Positions 35,839 through 49,075 of a DNA stretch of 64,000 bases are shown here, one piece after another. A program made the position numbers and the translations under genes. The notes beneath the pieces were generated by a model. The model had not been told where the DNA came from. It ran no database searches and saw only the letters and a program-made list of their open reading frames with translations. Location: contig NW_024704742.1 of the NCBI RefSeq assembly GCF_018977255.1, positions 112,470,001 to 112,534,000 on the forward strand, written 5' to 3'. Origin of the DNA: Callorhinchus milii (Eukaryota). Numbering within the stretch: the stretch's first letter is position 1; every line of letters begins with the position of its first letter.

Positions 35839-38699
35839 ACAGTACTTAAGTGACTTATAAGGAGCCATATCAAATACAAGGTTTATTAGAATGATGTGCA
35901 TGTAGCCATAGGTTGAAGGAAGCTACACCAAAGGCTATAGGATGCATTGCACCACACAGACCAAGGCAGCTCAGAGGGTAAGCTGAATGTGGTAGAGCAC
36001 TTAACATTCCAGAGGTTAGGATGGAAGAGGGGAGGAATTGTCACTGCAAAGAGGAACCTCCTGAAAGGATGTTTTCAGACATTTAATTATTTAAGCACAA
36101 ACCTGCAGTCCTCAGACATTTTCTCTGTTTTGGCTTTGTAATTTCTGTGATCTCCACTGCTTTCAGAACCATAATTTATGCTGTTACAAACAGCTGTATA
36201 TAATTATCTATATATATATAGTGTTATTGTCACTCTCAAATTGATGCGATTTCCTAGATTAAGTAAATCATCCCAGAACAGGAGAAAAATGAAGGCCCGC
36301 CATGGCAAAGATATTTCTGCCAAACATCCGTGTAAACAATCTGCAGGAATTTGGTGTGTAAATTTACACGCCCATTGTAGTGCACTCCATGAACAATGTA
36401 TCTTCACATTTGCTATGTTTTGCACAGAATTTCGACCTATTGTCTACAGGCAAAGATTGATCACTGTTCTCCACAGCCATATCATTGTAAATTTACCACA
36501 GTTTGACAGTATGATGAATAGTGTATTTAATCCCATGCTATTAATACAATTAATCAAATTTATCTCACTGGCATCGACAGCTTAGCTTCAGCGATTCACT
36601 TGTGTGCTGTTTATGACTACCAGACTGAGTCATCATGTGATATGTTTGGTTAACCACTGTTTCAATGTTGCATCCGCTTCATGTGCCAAATATATACTGT
36701 ATATATAGGGCACTGATGACATTTTAGACTGTTTCACAAGACAGTTTTTAAAATCTTGCTGTTTTGCCTGAAAGGATGATGTTATTGATGCGTGTTAATG
36801 TCACCTATTGCATTTTGCAATATGTTCTCTGAGAATACATTTAGCTTCAGAGAACATGGAAGTTTCATTGGCAAAGTTGGTCTTGGCCACTAACGTGTTT
36901 GATGCTTACACCACTGCCTTTCCTCTCCCAATCTAGTGAAGAATAAATTGCCCCATAAAATGTGAAAGAAAACTTCACAGTGGTCTAGTCTCTCGAGGCT
37001 TTTGTGGCAACCGGTTAACCTTTACAATGTTTTTTTAGCGGAAGCAATTGGCACTGTTCAACATTTTGCTTTGCATTGAGGTAACACTACAGATTCACAT
37101 TGGTGTAACATTTCATCTTTGCATTGGTGTAACATTTCAGTTTTGCTTTTGCAACTGCCATTGTTGAAACCATATTGATATCTTCCTGTCATATTCACCA
37201 GTTTTCCTTACATTAAATTGTGCTGCAGACATTGCATCAATTCAAAGCAGTCCAACAGTTGGGTTTATATAATAATAATAATTTTAATTATATACCATCA
37301 TAGGCTCGATGGGGTGAAAAAACTCTTTCTGTGTTGTAATCCCTGTGGCTATGATTTCATGAGTTGATGCAAAGTAGTCTATTAATTATTCAGTAAAATA
37401 AAGCTAATCTTGCACCAGGCTAATCATAATAATAATAATCCTTGCATTTGATATAGAGCCTTATCATGTCGTTGAGACGTCTCAAAGCGCTTCACAGGAT
37501 ATACTGTAAAGTGAAATGACTGTGTATTTTGTAGATGAAATACATCAGGTTTTCTTTACAAACATTTGCAGATCAGAAAAATAAACTGATGCCAAAATTT
37601 CTTTCGTCTCTGCATATTGTGAATATTGTAATCCTGGAAAAATGTTTCAGGATATTTACTCAGGGAACAAAGTATTGCTGTTCTGCTTTTAACGCCTTCC
37701 ACACAAGTCCTGACAAGAGATTGCAAATGTTTTCTTATCTACATCCCACAGTGACCTGATTGCTTCATACATACCCTATTTTCAATAGTGGCTTGTGCCT
37801 TTGTATAAGATTTTACTTATTTATCCTTTGAAGCATTCTGCACTGCACCATTTAACCTGTCATTCAACTACTGCTCTTTTCTGATGCTATGACCAAATGT
37901 AATTCCAGCTACAATATGAGCAGATGTATATGGTGCATGAATGACAGCTTTTAAGTTGTCAATAAGTGATTCATCGTGTATCAACTTCCAAATGATTTAG
38001 ATTCTGCAGGATATGGAGGCTGTGTCTTGCAGCTATGAACTGGCAGCTTAACTTATGAAACAAGAATGGATGAAAGTCCCCAGCTAATACTAGCGTTGTA
38101 GGCCCAGAGTTTTATTTATTTATATATGCGATACATTCCTCTCCCTCTGAATACCCGCTGCCATATTCAACAATGTGCAAAATGGCACAATTGTACTAGA
38201 TTCCACATGAATCTAGCACAATTATGCTAACATCAGGTACTGTATACCCACTAACCCCCACCCCCGCCTTCTCATTGCAGCAGCTTGGGTGCCCAGTCAG
38301 TGGTGTAGATCGCTTTGAGATGTTCTCCCAACAAGTAAGGCACTATGTAAGTGTAAATTGTTGTTGTTCTACAGATATCAGTCTAGCTCCATTGGTAACA
38401 CTTCCACCTCTGAGACAGAAGGTTTTCTGTTCCAGCCCCCTGTCAAGGCTTGGTGTTTACAGGTTCTGGCTTCAATATACTCCGCTTCATTGAGTGACGG
38501 CAGAGTGTTTCTTTTGCAACAGCAAATATAGGTCATTTCATCCCTAAGATTTTCCCATTAAATCACGTAGGCTTCAGTCAGCACTTGTAACATCCTGGAT
38601 TCAAGATTTCAAAGAATTCAATGAGCCCTGGCCTTCAAATGTGGAAAGTGGCCTCTCTGGCTGTATTCTGCCCAGTTAACTTAAGACAGTATTTCCTGA

Positions 38700-39010
38700 A
38701 TACAAATTTACATTAATATAGCTCCTTTCATGCTGAGAGGATGTTCCAAGGTGCTAAACGGTACTTGTTTGCCACCTGAGCTGGAGTTGGGAGCTGAGGA
38801 GCAGGTGTGGGGAGGGAAAAGATGACAGAAGTGGAAGAGGTGGGCCTTGAGATGAACCTTGAAAAAGGTGAGGGATGGAGTGGGTCAGAGAGACTCTGGG
38901 ATGGAATTCCAGTGAGTGGATGCTGTTAGGATAAAAGCCCACTCACTGATGGAGAGGGCCAGATAAAGCAGAGGACATGAAGCAGGCTGTATCCACTGCC
39001 AAGTGAGCAT
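38700..39010 (-). mobile_element. L2 3' fragment
   Basis: tatagctcctttcatgctgagaggatgttccaaggtgct...gggatggaattccag...ggacatgaagcagg. Confidence 0.8.
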
Positions 39011-39589
39011 AGGTATAAGACCTGAACATTTGTCGATTTGGCACTTGAAAATTACCCTTGGCTGCCACGTATCTCCCACAAAATACAGTCAATCCACTTT
39101 ACAGAATTTCCTGTGATGAGCTTTGATATGTCTCAATGAAGTGATCAGGTGCTATATCAAATGCAATGATGATTATTAATATTAATTATTATTGTTATTA
39201 TCCTAAGGTAGGAATCCAAGATGTCAGCATCCAGGACTTTTCAGGAGAGTTTGGACACTAACAAGTATTCAGCAGTTGGGTGGAGGTATTTAAAAATATT
39301 TTAGCCCCATATTTTAGCAAATTAACAACAACAATAAATTTGATTTGTATAGCGCCTTTCACATCAAGAAGATATCCCAAAGCACTGGACAGTCAGGGAT
39401 CCACACCCAAGATGATGTTTGGGATCAGGCGGGAGACATGAAGCAGACTGGAGCATGCTGAGCGGATATTAAATATGAATTAAATATGAATATTGCCATT
39501 TTTACCGCATTTTTATTCACTAGGAATACCATAAAACAACTGAGGGAAGCATCATAACAAATCAATACACGGCCTGTCTCCCTTCCTAT

Positions 39590-40021
39590 AATAATAATGC
39601 TTACATTTGATGTAGCACCTTTCACGTCACAAGGATGGCTCAAAGCACTTCACAGGATTCATTGTAAAGTGATGAATGTGTATTTTGTAGGCAAATTCAG
39701 CAGACAATTTGCACACAGCAATATCGCACTAACAGCCATGATGTGAAACCAATTTTATTTGGGGAATTATTGACCAGGACAGCGAGAGAAGTTCCTATTT
39801 ATGAATAATGCCATTAAAATTTTAACATCCTCCTGAACAGGTAGATGGAACTTCAGTTTAATATCTCATTCAAAGGAATGTACCTCAGAAAATGCAGGAA
39901 TCCCCCGCAACATATTTGATTGCTACCCTGGAACTATGAATTCAAAGTCCCAATATGAGGCTTGAACCAACAACTGTCTGACTCAGAGGCAAGAGTGCTA
40001 TTAACTGAGACAGGTTGACAT
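39590..40021 (-). mobile_element. Old Deu-SINE, near full length
   Basis: Tail ataataatgcttacatttgatgtagcacc through head ctgactcagaggcaagagtgcta...ttgaca. Confidence 0.85.
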
Positions 40022-41264
40022 CTTCTTGATTTGGTGTTTGATGAATTCAGTGATCTGAAATCTGCAATAAAAATGTTTTTGCTGAAAATATCTGGAATAA
40101 AAATAAAGGTCTGTCAGAAAAGCTCTTGTCAGAACCAACAGTAGACTCAGAAGACGCTGTGTTGCCTCCCACTCTAGGGAATAAGACATCTGCCACATTG
40201 TATTTGCTGTGACTATGATTTGTTTGGTGTCCTATAGCTCAGTCGCCTCGAGTGTTTTAAGCAATAATAATAATAATCCTTTGCTTTGATATAGTGCCTC
40301 ATCACATCTTTGAGTCGTTTCAAAGTGCTTCACAGGATATACTGCAAAGTGGATTGATTTTGTATTTTGTGGGCAAATGTAATTTTTGCATTTTGGCTTA
40401 TCTTTCAAGATAATTTATGCCACCTTTATTTTTCTCTGTATTTCAATAGAGCATTTGAGATTTTTCACAAAAATGTGCCAAGGTTTTCAATGGCTTGGCT
40501 GCTAAGGAAGATTTGTTTCCCAGTAAGCATGGTTGAATGCTTTTCACACTGATTGATTGACTAATACAAATAACTCTGCTTCACTGAAACCCGTCTCCTG
40601 TGTGTTTTCTGTTGGATATCATTTTTCACCGTTTATTACCACTACTGTGATCAATCATATTCACTTGCATAGGTCAAGAGGCTTGTTTTCATTTGTCAAA
40701 CCAGAAAATAGGAATGATTTTTAATAACATCCAATTGGGTGTCTTAACTTACTTTTGGTAGTACATTTAGATGGAATACACAATTCTAACTGTTTAACAT
40801 AGGTAAATGTCTAAATTACCTTAACAGCATGAAAGTCTATGCATCTGCTGTCTTGCCATTTGGGATCAGTTCTCAGTGCTGATAAAATAAATTTTAAAAA
40901 TTAGCACTTAAAATTTTACACTATTTTTCAAATCAAATTTAAAAAAAAGTTCATATCCATTCTCTTTCTCAGTAAAAGTTCTGAAATGAATTGGGAACAT
41001 TGATCTAAAATGCCACCGCATTCAGATTTACAAATAGCCACATTGTTGGCAAGCCACAAGTCACAACTCTTCCTGGAAACAGAAAGTGTGTGGTGCTGAC
41101 CCGTGAGAACTTCTCTCTGACATGATCTACTGATACCAATTCCTGCTTGTAAGCAGTGTGGCACACATCAGTTACCCTCAGGAGTCACTACATGCAACTA
41201 TGAGTTGCTGTTTGCAAATTGGTTTGTGAGTATTGCATATTCTGGAATATGCAATGATAAGCCA

Positions 41265-41768
41265 GGCCCGGAACCTTGGTGTTTTGTTTGACTACCCCAC
41301 ATCCATGCCATGACCTGCTCTGCCTTCCCCCACCTCTGCAACATTGCCCGGTTCCACCACTGTCTTACTCCTCAGGCCGCTGAAACTCTCATCCACACAT
41401 CTAGGCTTGACCGCCAACTCGCTGGCCTTCCCAACTCTTCCCTCCACAAGCTGCAGATCATCCAGAATTGGCCCACAAATATACAGTCACCTTACAGTTT
41501 TTTCTGTGAAGCGCTTTGAGATGTCTGGAAGACGTGAAAAGCACTAAATCAAATGCAAGGATTATTAGGATTATTATTAAATCTGCAGTTTGTGTCCTCT
41601 CCTGCACCAGGCTCCGTGACCCCATGACTCCCTCCCTTTCCCCCGGCTCCACTGGCTCCCCATACCCCAGAGGAAAGAGTTCAAAATCCTTGTTCTCACC
41701 TTCAAAGCCCTCCACATCCTTGCCCCTCCTTACCTTTGCGACCTGCTGACCCCATATCAACCTGTCCA
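41265..41768 (+). mobile_element. L2 fragment interrupted by a young SINE 3' half (about 41470-41578)
   Basis: AAETLIH..SRLD..LHKLQIIQN, then the SINE, then SAVCVLSCTRLRDPMTP resumes the L2. Confidence 0.9.
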
Positions 41769-42705
41769 CTGTAGGGAGCTGTAGAGAGATCAGGAACCCT
41801 GCTTGTTTTTTCTCCCCTTCATGCTTGTGGGAGACTGAGTTAACCAAGTTAACCACCCATTGCAGCCCCAGAGTGACTGCCTCTTATTGCTAAGCCACTG
41901 CTGTGAGGTGCAAAAACAGTTTCTCTGCTTTGTAAAAGCCTAATCAACATAGAATGATAGAATATTATAGCACACATACACCTGATGTAAAATATGCTGT
42001 ATAAATGTAATTTGTATTGTGAATATGAAGGGATAGCACAAAGTTGTAGAAAGACTAGTCTCCTCGAGAAGCTTTATCTGGGAATATAGAAAACCATTAG
42101 AAAACATTTTAAATAATAAAATAACTGTTTCTAAATTGTATTTGAATTATTTTCAGTCTAATATGTTGATAATATTAACCTAAAGATTGTTTAAAGTTTT
42201 AATTGAGGAATGATTTAAAATATAATTAAGGATAACTGACATTTGTTCAGGATAGCTGCTCTCTGGTGGTTGCTCCTAAAATCATTTCAAATAATTCTTG
42301 TGATGGAAATGTAGAACTGCACCACTTTATCGTACACAAGTGTCATACCATAACATACATAAAGGGATACGCCTTTGATATAAGCCATCCAGCCTAACTA
42401 GTCCATGACGGTGTTTATACTCAACACAAGCCCCCATTCATCCTATGTTTCAAAGAAAAGGTGCTATATAAAATGCAAGGATCATTATTATTATTATTTC
42501 CCTCATTCATATCCCTCTATTCCCTTTTCCTTCATGTACGCATCATATTTTCTCTTAAATCATGAATTTCTGGAGTTCTGACCTCATATGATTTGGTAAG
42601 TCAACTGATACCCAAGGTCTCTGGAATACATGAACCCAATCACACCACCCGTTCGGGTCCTAATCTCTGACTGTTCAGTGCCTTGGGACGTCCTCCTGAC
42701 ATGAA

Positions 42706-45700
42706 ACAACAACAACAACTTGGATTTATATAGCGCCCTCCACGCCGGACGTCTCAGAGAGCTTCACAGTAACGGATCCTGGGGCCGAGCCAGGGGGAGG
42801 AAGGTGACCAAAGGCATGTTCAAAAAAAAAGGTCTTCAGCAGAGACCTGAAAATAGGAAGAGAGAGAGCGAGGCGAAGGGAGTGAGGAAGAGAGTTCCAG
42901 AGCCTCGGGGCATAGTGGCTGAAGGCACGGCCGCCGAGGGTGGAGTGAAGGACTCTGGGGACGAGGAGGAGGCCAGACCCAGAGGAACGGAGGCAACGGG
43001 TACTGTTTTGAGGAGAGAGGAGGTCAGAAAGGTAGGGGGGTGCAGAGGAGTGGAGGGATTTGAATACAAGGGTGAGGATCTTGAAGTTGATCCTCTCTGG
43101 GGCAGGCAGCCAGTGCAGTCTGGCAAGGACTGGGGTGATCGGGGAGTGGAGTTTGGTGCGGGTGAGAATGCCGGTGGCAGAGTTTTGAATAATCTGGATT
43201 TTATGGATGGTAGTGGATGGGAGGTCGGCAAGGAGGGTGTTAGAATAGTCCAGCCGAGAGGTGACAAAGGCATGGACCAGGGTTTCAGCAGCTTTAGAGA
43301 GTTTTAGGGAGAGGTCGGGTAGGTGGAGGAGGTGAGAACCGTGAGATTTTAGACGTTGACGAGAGCCAAAGAGTATGGCTTCCGTGTTGTCAACGTTCAG
43401 CTGAAGGAAATTTGCGCTCATCTAGCCCCTGAGATCTGACAGGCAGGCTGACAGAACATCAGGGGATTGGGGGTCGCAAAGAGAGGTAGAAAAATAGAGT
43501 TGGGTGTCATTCGCATACATGTGGAAATGTACCCCATATCTGCGGATGACATCCCCAAGAGGGAGCATGTAGATCAGAAAGAGGAGGGGCCAAGGATGGA
43601 TCCTTGGGGTACCCCACAGGTGACCAGGTGAGAGCGGGAGGAGAAGCCGTTTGTGCAGATGTACTGCTGGCGGTTTGTGAGGTAGAACTCGAACCAGGCG
43701 AGTGTGGTCCCACTGAGGTGGATGACGGAGGAAAGACGGTGGAGGAGGATGGCGTGATCGACTGTGCCGAACGCGGCAGAGAGGTCCAGGAGGACAAGGA
43801 GGCAGAGGGAGCCCTGGTCACAGATAGAGAGGATGTAATTTGTGACTTTCACAAGCGCAGTCTCTGTACTGTGGGCGGAAACCGGACTGGAGGGGTTCAA
43901 AGAGCGAGTGGAAGGAGAGGTGTGCGCGAAGTTGGCAGATTGGCAACGACGCGTTCTAGGACTTTTGCAGGTGGATAATGCTGCCTGGCGGATGTTATGC
44001 ATTTCAGATGAAAAGAAGTCCATGACCTCCTTGCATTTGGCATTTGATATGAAGATTGAGGAGGCCTGAGGGGGGGCACGGAGGAGGTAGTGGGTGGTGA
44101 AAAAAAGGATTTTAGGGTTGTGTTTAGCCTCCAAGATGATGTTGGAGTAGAAGGCCATTTTTGCACGTGTCAAAGAACAACGGTAGCTGTGGAGATGCTT
44201 GAGTCACAGTTGGCGGTGAACTGTCAGGCCAGTTTTCCGCTATCTGCGCTTGAGCAGCCGGGTTTAGGTTTTTTGGTGGCGGAGATGGTTGCTGTACCAG
44301 GGGGAATCGGGTGGGTTTAAGATGGTCCTGGATTTCAGGGGGACGAGGGAGTTGAAGGTGGAGGAGAGGTGATCATGGAGCAGCTGGATGGCTGCTTCAG
44401 GGTCTCCACGGGTGGAAGGCCAGAGGGATAGGATGTTTGATGATGTGAGGGTCTCAGGGGGTAGCCTTTTCGAAGGGAGGTAGAGGCTGATTGAGGGCCT
44501 GGTGGAGGCGAGAGGGATGTGAGAGGTAAAGGAGATGAGGAAGTGGTCTGAGATGGCCTTGTCCACTCTGCTGAGGTCGGAAATGTCAAGGCCTTGAGGG
44601 CAGTGAAGTTGGCAGAATTAGATCAAGGCATGTTTAGGTGAGGTTGAAATCATCCATTATGAGCAGGCGCTCGGAGCAGAGGGACAGGGAAGAGAGAAGA
44701 GTAGAGATGTCTATGTGGAAGGAGGCGGGGGGCTTAGGGGGGTGGTAGACAAGGAGGATTTTCAATGGGAGAGAGGAGGGGAAGCAGCCAGAGGCGTAGG
44801 GGGTAAGACTAAGGGAGGCGTTGGAAATGAAGGCCACTCTGCTGCCACGTTGGTTTGGACAGGGGGTGTGGTGGAAGGTGTAGTCTGGAGGGGACACTAG
44901 GGGGACGGGGTCATTGGGGGAGAGCCAGGTTTCGGTGAGCCCAAGAATGTCAAGGTGCTCGTCCAGGATGAGGTCATGGATGGTGAGGGCTTTGTTTGAG
45001 AGGGAATGGACATTTTGGAGGGATATGCAGATAGGTTTGCTGGAGGGAGGGGAGGGAGGAGAGAGTGATGTGGAGAGGATTTTCAGGTGTACAGGAGAGA
45101 TGGTTGTGGAGAGTGGTGTGAGTGGAGAGTTTGGGAGGGTACGTATGAGGGAGAGGGAAGTTGTGTTTGCCTTAAGGAGGCGGTTTGAGTGGAGGGAGTG
45201 AATGACTGGACACATGGGGTTGCTGCTCTGGGACAGCCAGTGCCGGGAGCCATGATGGGTCCGGCGAAGGATGCCCAGGCTGGAGCAGAGGGAAGTGGTG
45301 ATGGGGTTGAGGAGAGAGAGAAGGCGGGGAGGGCAGTGGGAGAGAAGGACTGAGGGGGAGTAGCAGATAGAGGTAGGTGGGAGGAGAGACATTTAGAGTG
45401 GAGGGGGAGGCTCGTGTCAGGGCGGCAGCCAAAATGCGCACGCAGAGACCGGGAGCGAGTGATCAGCGGGACAGCATCAGCCCTCAGGCTGTGTGGTCAT
45501 GGCTGGGATGGCAGTGGCAGCGGTTGCCAGTCCATTGTTGTTGTTGTTATTGCTGGTTTTTAGTTGTGACGTCACGCCGACGTCACTTTGTGTATCGCGA
45601 CCCTCCCCTCACCTACCTCGCCCCGCGCTCTCCTGACTCCGCTCCCGACTGAGTGGCTCCTCACCTGGCTGGGCTTTATACCCGCAGTTAGGGCTCGGCT

Positions 45701-45731
45701 CTGCCTCGCGCTCTCCTGACTCCGCTCCCGA
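42706..45731 (-). mobile_element. Near-full-length disabled L2 LINE (5' UTR, APE endonuclease, RT, 3' tail)
   Basis: ORF2 start MSLLPP..LGILRR (45392). APE motifs LQNVHSLSNK, LGLTETWL, VYHPP, DFN and SDHF. RT motifs LDLSAAF and VPQGSILGP. C-terminus APRLWNSLP, with a (caa)n tail. Frameshifts and internal deletions are present. Confidence 0.96.
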
Positions 45732-45814
45732 TAAGGCACTTACAAATGTAATTTTGTATTGTATTGTATTTGCTTTTACTTCTTCTATACAGTACTTTGC
45801 ATTTCTGTCTTGAA

Positions 45815-46190
45815 CCTAGTCCACCTTGTTTGGTTGATAACTGTGTGAGAAGGTTGTACATCAAGCCCAACATCAGGAGTTTGAGTACATAGTCTGGGCT
45901 GATGCTACAGTGGATGTTGGGGGTGGGGGGAATTGTTGTATTGTCAGAGATTCTATCCTTTGAATAAAGCATTAACCAATGTCCATCTGCCTATTCAGGT
46001 GGATGTTAAAGAACCTGTAACTCAAAAAGAGAAGGATGTTTTTTCCCGTGTCTGACCCAAGTATTTTTTCCCATGTCTGGCCCAGATAATTTGATCATTC
46101 ATTTCCTGGCAATTTATAAATAAAGACATTATAAATTGGCTGCCACTTTTGCCTACACATACACACACTACATTTAACAGCAATCACTAT
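45815..46190 (+). mobile_element. Old Deu-SINE
   Basis: agaaggttgtacatcaagccc...catagtctgggctga...ctgcctattcaggtggatgttaaaga...aaattggctgccac. Confidence 0.8.
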
Positions 46191-46204
46191 TATAGGCTTT
46201 GTAT

Positions 46205-46340
46205 CATAACATAACATAACATAACATAACATAACATAACATAACATAACATAACATAACATAACATAACATGTAGGAGCAGGAGTAGGCCATTCGGCCC
46301 TTTGAGCATGTCCCGCCATTCAATCATGGCTGATCTTCTC
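46205..46340 (-). mobile_element. CR1 3' terminus with an expanded (cataa)n tail
   Basis: (cataa)n 46205-46270, then taggagcaggagtaggccattcggccc...tcatggctgatct, a typical shark CR1 end in reverse. Confidence 0.85.
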
Positions 46341-47202
46341 ATCTAACTCCAGCTAATAACCTGAAATGCAAATGCAATTGCAAACATTATTATTTAACTT
46401 TTTATTATTATTTATTTATTATTATTTTGTGTCCTATATTCTTACACTACATACATTTGTGGATAATGCTTAATGGACTAATTAAAAAGCCCCTTGTCTT
46501 GAAATGAAATATAAATGAAGTTTTTGAGATTCAGAAAATGTATCAAGGAATGTATCATTCCCACGTGCCAATAGATTATCTAGCACCATTTAAATTAAGC
46601 AACTAAAGGATGTTTCCCATTATAAGTTCACTTTATTAAGCCTCATAAATGTAATAAAATAATAAAAAATAACATATACTTGTGCACCAGACCTTTGACC
46701 TTCAGAGAATCATCCCTATTATTTCTTACCATGTAGACAGCTTGCTACTTCTTGGGAATATTTTATTTTGCAATTGAGATTGACTGGATAACTGGTATGA
46801 GACTGTAAAAAGTTGATGGCTATGACCTTCTTTGGTATTTAAGCAAAGGTTATACTTGTACTTATCCTTGTATCTTATCTTAAATGCCTTGTACTTACCC
46901 TTTAACCTTTATTTGATAACATTTGTGGTTATCCTCAAGTGTCCTTAATTATCACCGGTGTCAATTTGCCACCAGCATTAATTAAAAGTCACTGTTAGTG
47001 GTGTTTATTCAGAACCTGATATTCCTTGCTTCACACTGAACCTTTGTTTAAAATTGATTTTACAGCTGAGGTCCTTTGGGGAAGCACCTCTCCTTACTGA
47101 CTCTTCCAATATTCTGCACAAATTTGGAAACCCACTGTTAAAGCAATTATGGCTTCCTTCTCTCTGGAACTCTTGCCCCAAATCTCCTCCCCACACCTAC
47201 CT

Positions 47203-47630
47203 TAACATAACATAACATAACCTGTAGGAGCAAGAGTAGGCCATTCAGCCCTTTGAGCCTGCCCCGCCATTCAATCATGGCTGAGTGGAGTCCTGTAGCT
47301 CAGTGGTTAGAGCACTCGCTTTGCAAGCGAGAGACCTGGGTTCAATTCCAGGCAGGGCAAAACCTTGGGCAAGTTTCCTTACTCCACATGCCTAATAATA
47401 ATCTCTCGAAAACCAAAAACAATAATAAATTGGTCATTTTCAATCTACGAATGTTTGTGGGACATTGCTGTGCGCAATTGGCAGCCGCGTTCGCCCACAA
47501 ATATGCAGTCAATTCACTTTACAGTATGTTCTGTGAAGCGCTTTGGGACGTCCTCCCGACGTGAAAAGCGCTATATCAAATGCAAGGATTATTATTATTA
47601 TTATCTTCTAATCTAACTCCAGCTAATTCC
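47203..47630 (-). mobile_element. Second CR1 3' terminus, split by a SINE insertion
   Basis: 47203-47284 and 47603-47627 together reproduce about 46255-46336. Confidence 0.88.
47285..47602 (+). mobile_element. Young SINE subfamily A, full length
   Basis: gtggagtcctgtagctcagtggttagagcactcgctttgcaagcgag...gggacgtcctcccgacgtgaaaagcgc...(tta)n. Confidence 0.97.
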
Positions 47631-47997
47631 TTGGAACTCCTTTTCTGTTTTCAAAATCTGTTAAAAGAAATCTACCAAAGGTTTGACCACACCTCTAAAC
47701 ATCGTCATGGACTGTTTGGGCAGAATAGTTTGTTTCTGGGCCATACCAATCTAAGGACAACACAATACAAACTTACATTTATATAGCGCCTTTCAGATCG
47801 GGAGGAAATCAGTGATCTTCTACAAGAGTGTTACGCATTGGGAGTTAAGTTAACAGGGCAAATTGTAAAAGCAATTTATCAGCTTAATCTCAAACTTGAG
47901 TTATGCTTCTGCATGTAAAGCACTCCAAAGTGTGTTACTCCATAATAACACACAAGGAAGGGCATGTGCGGCAGCGGATATGCAGCATGTGATGTGA

Positions 47998-49075
47998 AAC
48001 AACAACAACAAAATTACATTCATAGAGCGCCTTTCACGTTGGGAGGATGTCCCAAGGTGCTGGACAGTCAGGGGTCAGGACCCGAGCATGGGGGAGGGAT
48101 GGGGTAGGGGTAAGGGAAGGCAGAGAGTTGGGAGGGCGACCGAAGGCACGATCAAGAGGAAGGAATTGAGACCGGCCTTGAAGGAGGCAAGGGAGGAAGC
48201 AAGGTGAAGGGACTGTGGGATGGAGTTCCAGAGTGTGGGGGCAGAGAGGCTGAAAGCTCGGTCACCGATAGTAGGGCGGGAGACATAGAGCTGGCTGGAG
48301 CCCGCTGAACGAAGAGAGTGAGCAGGTTGGTAGGGAGTCAGCAAGTCAGAGAATTACGAGGGGGCAAGACCATGGATGGCCTTGAAAGTGAGGACGAAGA
48401 TCTTGAATTCGATCCTCTGGGGGATGGGAAGCTAGTGGAGTCGGGTGAGGGTGGGAGCGATGGGGTCGCAGAGCCTGGTGCGCGAGAGTACACGATCTGC
48501 AGAGTTTTGGATGCTCTGCAGCTTGTGAAGGGAAGAGTTGGGAAGGCCGATGAGGAGGGAATTTCCATAATCGAGCCTTGATGTGACGAATGCATGGGTG
48601 AGGGTTTCGGCAGCCTGAGGGGCGAGGCAGTGCGGGAATCTGGCAATGTTGTGGAGGTGATGGTAGGCAGTGCCGGTCATGGCGTGGATGTGGGAGAGAA
48701 AGGACAATTCAGAGTCAAACGAGACACCCAGGTTCCTGACTGGCTTAGTGAGGTTGAGTGTGCAGCCATGGAGGCTGATGCTGCCAGCACCCGAGGTCCG
48801 GAGGCGCTGGTACGAGCCAATCAAAAGGGCCTTGGTTTTGCTGATGTTCAGTTGGAGAAAGTTGTCCCTCGTCCAGGACTTGATGTCGGACAGGCAGTCG
48901 GTCAGGACGCTAGTAGTCCTGGAGTTAAGGGTGGAGGCAGAGAGGTATACATGTGGAAATTTACCCCATGTCTATGGATGATGTCACCAAGGGGGAACAT
49001 GTGGAGGGTGAAGAGGAGGGGACTGAGGACAGAGCCCTGAGGAACACCACACGAGATGGTGTGGGGGCTGGAGGA
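47998..49075 (-). mobile_element. L2 LINE 5'-truncated copy
   Basis: Translates VRNLGVSFDSELSF and AETLTHAFVTSRLDYGNSLL, with a (caa)n tail. Confidence 0.95.

Noticed and set aside
42720..43307. 195-aa plus-strand ORF and similar G/E/R-rich ORFs
   Set aside because: They are antisense shadows of L2 ORF2.
46780..47005. Possible solo LTR
   Set aside because: I found no clear TG...CA termini, TSD or second copy.
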